Assembly: GCA_964248365.1 (NCBI GenBank)
Contig: CAXTYC010000001.1
Coordinates: forward strand, 1 to 64,000
Origin: an uncultured Chroococcidiopsis sp.
GTDB lineage: Bacteria > Cyanobacteriota > Cyanobacteriia > Cyanobacteriales > Chroococcidiopsidaceae
DNA length: 64,000 nt
Direction: 5' to 3'
In this document: positions 59,180 through 64,000 of the stretch, in pieces
How the letters are laid out: the number at the start of each line of letters is the position of its first letter
Numbering within the stretch: position 1 is the first letter of the stretch
Notes under the pieces: model-generated
Databases searched by the model: none
The model's input: only the letters and a program-made list of their open reading frames with translations
What the model was told of the DNA's origin: nothing
Program-made: the position numbers and the translations under genes

Positions 59180-60457
59180 ATGAAAAAATTTAAAACACCT
59201 CGGTTCAACATTGTTATAACAACCCTGGTTAGTATCTCGGTTTTATTCTTGCTTTGGTTTACGACGGGGCTACCGACGCTTTCCCAACCGCAAGCTAAAG
59301 TTTTTGATCAAGTTTGGCAAACTGTCAACAACAACTTTTACGACCCCAAATTTAACCAAGTGGACTGGAAAGCAATGCGGGAAAAGTATAAACCCCAAGC
59401 AGAACGAGCTAAGTCTAGCCAAGAATTTGCGAGTGTCATCAATCAGATGCTCTCCGAGTTGCGGGCTTCTCACACTCGCTTTTACACCCAAAATGAACCA
59501 GCCTATTACCAACTTTTAGGAATTTTTCAGCCCAGGAGCGAAGAATTACAGCAGCAGTTAAAGAAGTTTTTTCCAAAAGGCAAGATTGAATACACTGGCA
59601 TTGGTGTGTTTACAAAAGATATCAAGGGCAAAACTTTTGTCAGTGCTATTCTAGACGGAAGTCCGGCTGCAAAAGCTAGGTTGAAGGTAGGAGATCAATT
59701 GCTGAGTGTGGACGATCGCCCATTTGAACCAATTGGGTCTTTTATAGCAAAAGCAGGTCAAAAAGTCAAGGTATTAATTCAGCGATCGCCTCTTCTTAAA
59801 AGCCAGCAAGAAATCATCGTCACGCCGCAGCTAACGGACGCAACTACAATGTTTTTGAACGCTCAAGCATCCAGTAGCCAAGTAATTGAACGTGGGGGCA
59901 AAAAAATTGGCTATATTCATATCTGGTCTTATGCCGGAGATCAATATCAGCAGCAGCTAGAGGATGAACTATTCTACGGTCGCCTTAAAGATGCAGACGG
60001 GTTAGTTTTGGATTTAAGAGAAGGATGGGGGGGCGCATATCCGAATTATCTCAACATCTACACTGCTAATGGTCCTAGCATAACCAGTATTGGGCGCGAT
60101 GGTAAGCGAAATAAGTCGAACTATCAATGGAAAAAACCCGTAGTTATGGTAGTAAATCAAGGCAGCAGGAGCGGTAAGGAAATTCTAGCCTTTGGCTTTA
60201 AGCAATACAAAATTGGGCAAGTGGTTGGCTCCAAAACAGCGGGAGCAGTGCTTGCTGGTCGTCCTTTTGTCATGCGCGACGGCAGCGTACTATACTTAGC
60301 AGTTGCAGATGTATATATCGACGACACACACAGGTTAGAAGGCTTGGGTATCACACCTGATATCAATGTTCCCTTTTCCATAGAATATGCTCAAGGCGCA
60401 GATCCCCAAAAAGAACGAGCAATAGAAACTGTACTAGCAGCACTTACTAGCCCCTAG
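59180..60457 (+). CDS. S41-family peptidase with PDZ domain
   Basis: Signal/TM, SHT, PDZ (GSPAAKA.LKVGD), VLDLR, SGKE, EGLGITPD. Confidence 0.9.
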   Translation: MKKFKTPRFNIVITTLVSISVLFLLWFTTGLPTLSQPQAKVFDQVWQTVNNNFYDPKFNQVDWKAMREKYKPQAERAKSSQEFASVINQMLSELRASHTRFYTQNEPAYYQLLGIFQPRSEELQQQLKKFFPKGKIEYTGIGVFTKDIKGKTFVSAILDGSPAAKARLKVGDQLLSVDDRPFEPIGSFIAKAGQKVKVLIQRSPLLKSQQEIIVTPQLTDATTMFLNAQASSSQVIERGGKKIGYIHIWSYAGDQYQQQLEDELFYGRLKDADGLVLDLREGWGGAYPNYLNIYTANGPSITSIGRDGKRNKSNYQWKKPVVMVVNQGSRSGKEILAFGFKQYKIGQVVGSKTAGAVLAGRPFVMRDGSVLYLAVADVYIDDTHRLEGLGITPDINVPFSIEYAQGADPQKERAIETVLAALTSP

Positions 60458-60517
60458 CCTCCAGCCCCTAGTAAGTGCTAGGCTATAGCCCATTAATTAG
60501 TGTCAGAGGTGCGGAGG

Positions 60518-61594
60518 ATGACGAAGCTGAGGGTAGGGTTGCTATTTGGCGGACGTTCTGGGGAACATGAAGTGTCGATTAGTTCAGCCAGAGCAATATT
60601 GAACGCTCTGAATGCCGATCCCAACAAAGATAAATACCAAGTGCTACCATTTTATATCCAAAAAGATGGATGCTGGCTAGCGCTCCAAACACCCCAAAAT
60701 ATATTAGATTCCGGCATCCCCTCGCTACCATCCCCAGACCAAACATCTAATCAATCCCTAAATTGCTGGGAATTTCCCTCGCAAGCAGCACAAGTCGATG
60801 TCTGGTTTCCCATTCTGCACGGTCCTAACGGTGAAGATGGGACAGTGCAGGGACTACTGAAATTAATGCAAGTTCCCTTTGTCGGTTCTGGGGTTTTAGG
60901 TTCCGCCTTGGGTATGGATAAAATTGCCATGAAAATGGCATTTGCTCAAGCCGGACTACCACAAGTAAAGTATATTGCCGTCAAGCGATCGCAAGTGTGG
61001 TCAAATCCTTGTATATTTCCCAAGCTTTGTGATGAAATAGAAGCAACTTTGGGCTATCCTTGTTTTGTTAAGCCTGCGAATTTAGGTTCATCCGTAGGTA
61101 TTGCAAAAGCGCGATCCCGTAGCGAGTTAGAAACAGCTTTAGATAATGCTGCAAGCTACGATCGCCGCATCATCGTAGAAGAATCTGTCGTTGCACGGGA
61201 AATCGAATGTGCAGTCTTGGGTAACGACAACCCTAAAGCTTCCGTTGTAGGAGAGATTACCTTTCAAAGTGATTTCTATGATTATGAAACCAAGTACACC
61301 GTAGGTAAGGCAGAGTGGTTAATACCTGCTAACATACCAGAGAAAGTTGCTACCTCTATCCAACAAATGGCACTGCAAGCTTTTGGGGCAATTGATGCCG
61401 CAGGTTTGGCACGAGTAGACTTTTTCTACATTGCAAATACTGGACAAGTTCTAATAAATGAAATCAACACCTTACCAGGCTTCACAGCAACTAGTATGTA
61501 TCCCCAAATGTGGGAAAAAAGCGGTATCCCCTTCCCAGAATTGGTAGATCAATTAATTCAATTAGCTTTAGAACGTCATACGACGGGTAAATAA
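60518..61594 (+). CDS. ddl: D-alanine--D-alanine ligase
   Basis: [40 protein letters not shown]. Confidence 0.96.
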   Translation: MTKLRVGLLFGGRSGEHEVSISSARAILNALNADPNKDKYQVLPFYIQKDGCWLALQTPQNILDSGIPSLPSPDQTSNQSLNCWEFPSQAAQVDVWFPILHGPNGEDGTVQGLLKLMQVPFVGSGVLGSALGMDKIAMKMAFAQAGLPQVKYIAVKRSQVWSNPCIFPKLCDEIEATLGYPCFVKPANLGSSVGIAKARSRSELETALDNAASYDRRIIVEESVVAREIECAVLGNDNPKASVVGEITFQSDFYDYETKYTVGKAEWLIPANIPEKVATSIQQMALQAFGAIDAAGLARVDFFYIANTGQVLINEINTLPGFTATSMYPQMWEKSGIPFPELVDQLIQLALERHTTGK

Positions 61595-61679
61595 AGAAGG
61601 GAGTAGGGAGTAGGGAGTAGGGAGTAGGGGAAATAGCTTTTTTCCAATTACCAACTACTCACTCTTCTAAAATTTGCTT

Positions 61680-62471
61680 ATGGAAAATCAGAATACACAG
61701 CCAGAGCCATCTGAAACTTCTAGCTGTTCTAAAATGGAGCAGTCAAGGCGTGATAGGAGAAAACTAGCTAACTCAAATTTTCTGCTTAATTTGATTAAGC
61801 ATCGTCCTTGGTTACTTTGGATCGGTGTAGGAGCATTCCTTTTCACTACTATTTATATCTCTCTTGTAAGCATTACCCAAACGAGTTTTGTCAAAGAGGA
61901 AACCAAACCAATATCAGTAACCGCAAATCGAGAAACGACACAAAAAGACAGTTCTCTACCTTTGTGGTTGCTAGGGGCGGGGATTGTTGGTGGTTGCGCT
62001 GGTGCATTTGCGATCGCCTTACGGCATCCAAGTTCATCCTACAGGCATTGGGGGCGTTTCGGGACAACTCCAAAAGCGCTATCTCGTCGCCAAAAGCGAA
62101 TGCAAGCAGGACATTTGCCTTCTTTTCCACCTGTAGCATCCCAGGAAGTAGCCCCCTCAGTACCAACAGTATCAGTACCACTGCCTGAAAATCAGCTACC
62201 ATCGCCAGAACAAATCCCGCTTGAAGAAACAATAGTCATAGTATTAGATAGCCATTCACTTGATTTAGAAGAATCAACAGAACAATTACTGCCAGATGAG
62301 GAAATATTCACATTTACACAAGAGCGATCCCCCGTTTTAGTGCAAGATACAGAAGAAAATAACCCCTTGGCTACTAACACCCAATCATTAGTAGAAATGC
62401 TAGATCTCCGTCGCAAAATACCTCTATCTACCATATTGAGCGAAAGCTTTCAGCTTGGAGGTAAAAACTAG
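61680..62471 (+). CDS. Hypothetical membrane protein
   Basis: Two hydrophobic helices; acidic, proline-rich C-terminus. Confidence 0.7.
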   Translation: MENQNTQPEPSETSSCSKMEQSRRDRRKLANSNFLLNLIKHRPWLLWIGVGAFLFTTIYISLVSITQTSFVKEETKPISVTANRETTQKDSSLPLWLLGAGIVGGCAGAFAIALRHPSSSYRHWGRFGTTPKALSRRQKRMQAGHLPSFPPVASQEVAPSVPTVSVPLPENQLPSPEQIPLEETIVIVLDSHSLDLEESTEQLLPDEEIFTFTQERSPVLVQDTEENNPLATNTQSLVEMLDLRRKIPLSTILSESFQLGGKN

Positions 62472-62799
62472 GAGTTAGAAGCATCTAAATTAAACCCCGA
62501 CAGTCTTGACTGCCCAAACTTGATATGAATGAACCATTGGGGTTGATTTATCAACTTCTTTCATGCTTTTCATTTAGTAACAAATATCACAGGGTTATTT
62601 TGTTAAATAAAGCTTGATTTTTTTCATTAAAACTACATAAATATTTAATTGCTTCTTTATATTTTATTTATACTAGCTTTATTTAAGCTACGAGAATTCA
62701 CCATACTCATTCAAGTTTACTGTCAAGTAAATTGAGAGATAAGTCTACCTGAAAACATCAGGACAATCTAAATCTCAATAAATATCAGTAATAGTGTAA

Positions 62800-63174
62800 A
62801 TGAAAACCACTATAAAATACTTAGCTTCTATTGTATCATCCCTTGGTTTATTTACAGTGACGTTAAGTTTTTCTTCGCCTGTTCAAGCATCAATACCATG
62901 TGAATATGGCACTATTAATCGTTATCAAAATGGTTCAATAGAAAGCTGTGTGATTAATAATATTGTTGGTATAACGCAAGGAAGTTTTGCTTTTTCATGT
63001 AAGCAAGGACAGTATATATATTTTGATGATAAGGCTCATTTCAAAAGCTGCGTTATTTCTATCCCTGTGGTAATTAGAACAGGTAATGATGTAAAAACTT
63101 GTCCTGAAGAATCTAGAGTGTATGTTTGGGTTTCAGAAGGTGGAAATCAATCTGTAAGTTGTCAACACTTGTAA
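62800..63174 (+). CDS. Secreted Cys-rich hypothetical protein
   Basis: Signal peptide ending VQA; six Cys; AT-rich. Confidence 0.65.
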   Translation: MKTTIKYLASIVSSLGLFTVTLSFSSPVQASIPCEYGTINRYQNGSIESCVINNIVGITQGSFAFSCKQGQYIYFDDKAHFKSCVISIPVVIRTGNDVKTCPEESRVYVWVSEGGNQSVSCQHL

Positions 63175-63277
63175 TAGAAAGTCGAAGCGTAGAAACTGGC
63201 GGTGGTTTTGGAGAACAGTACCTTCCACCTGACGGGTGCGACACATCCGGCGTAGAAACCCCAACCCACGTCGTTAC
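63165..63277 (+). ncRNA. ssrS: Probable 3' half of a cyanobacterial 6S RNA (partial)
   Basis: AAACTGGCGGTGG..GAGAACAGTACCTTCCACCTGA..CACATCCGGCG..AAACCCCAACCCACGTCGTTAC resembles the 3' strand of cyanobacterial 6S RNA as I recall it; the complementary 5' strand is absent upstream. Confidence 0.55.
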
Positions 63278-63368
63278 ACAAAAAAGCAATCTGACGAAAG
63301 CTAGAGGATATTTCAAATTTTGTTGAACAAACTTATAAAGTAAGACAACATTTTCAAAAGCGAATAGC

Positions 63369-64000
63369 ATGACTAAAACGGTAATTATTACAGGTGCTTC
63401 TCAAGGTATTGGCAAAGCAACCGCATTGTTATTTGCCCGTCAAGGATATGATATTGTATTGGCAGCGCGTGAACCTGAACGCTTAGAAGCTGCTGCAACC
63501 CAAGTGCGATCGCTCGGTCGAGAAGCTCTTGCCATCCCTACAGATGTGAGAGATCCAGAACAAGTAAATAATCTAGTTCAGAAGGCACTTGCTCATTTTG
63601 GTCATATAGATGTGCTAATCAACGATGCTGGTATTTTCTGCTTGGGACCTGTTGAGGAGTTCTCGCAGGGCGATTGGCAACAAGTAATCGATACAAATCT
63701 TTGGGGTTATATCCACACCATTCATGCAATATTACCCCATTTTTTAGAACGAGGCAATGGCACGATTGTAAATATTAGTTCTATCGGTGGTATTGTGCCG
63801 ATTCCCTACCAAATACCCTACACAACTAGCAAGTATGCTGTGACTGGGTTAACTAAAGCGCTGGAAGCAGAATTATCACCCAAAGGCATCCAAGTTTGTG
63901 GTATTTATCCCAATTTCATCAGAACCAGTATAAATGAGCGGACAATCTTTCGCGGCAACGATGAGCAGACAAAGCAGGCTCGTCATGAACTAATAGACAA
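63369..64000 (+). CDS. Short-chain dehydrogenase/reductase (runs off the window)
   Basis: ITGASQGIG, LINDAG, NISS, YTTSK. Confidence 0.92.
   Translation, partial: MTKTVIITGASQGIGKATALLFARQGYDIVLAAREPERLEAAATQVRSLGREALAIPTDVRDPEQVNNLVQKALAHFGHIDVLINDAGIFCLGPVEEFSQGDWQQVIDTNLWGYIHTIHAILPHFLERGNGTIVNISSIGGIVPIPYQIPYTTSKYAVTGLTKALEAELSPKGIQVCGIYPNFIRTSINERTIFRGNDEQTKQARHELID

Overview
Cyanobacterial chromosome segment, judged from abundant HIP1 octamers (GCGATCGC), STRR heptamer arrays and GTAG-type REP/SDR repeats. The left half (243-32744) is a complete ~32.5 kb integrative mobilizable element inserted in the 3' half of a tRNA-Met(CAT) gene. It is bounded by a 47-bp direct repeat and carries a tyrosine integrase, a MOBF relaxase plus coupling protein, and a Stb/ParA-like operon, but no mating-pair genes. 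Its cargo looks like a defence island: a DISARM-like trio (SNF2 helicase, IIG-like N6-methyltransferase, DEAD-DUF1998-nuclease helicase), an inserted PD-(D/E)xK nuclease + UPRTase-fold gene pair, a PIN toxin-antitoxin pair, and decayed SF1 helicase, STAND/Avs-like, TPR and Rpn genes. The most unusual feature is an intact four-helix-bundle (23S rRNA IVS-protein family) gene nested in the +1 frame inside the methyltransferase, between complementary heptamer arms, while the methyltransferase frame stays open. The right half is core chromosome (wecA/mraY-like, M23 peptidase, trmL, gshA, HDAC, HtrA, carotenoid oxygenase, hemJ, miaB, S41 peptidase, ddl, SDR). It also holds a repeat-invaded, frameshifted hybrid histidine kinase, three LEA-like/YsnF paralogues, a REP-flanked Doc module and what looks like the isolated 3' half of a 6S RNA. 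All family calls come from motif recognition by eye, not database searches, and single-base frameshifts could be sequencing errors.
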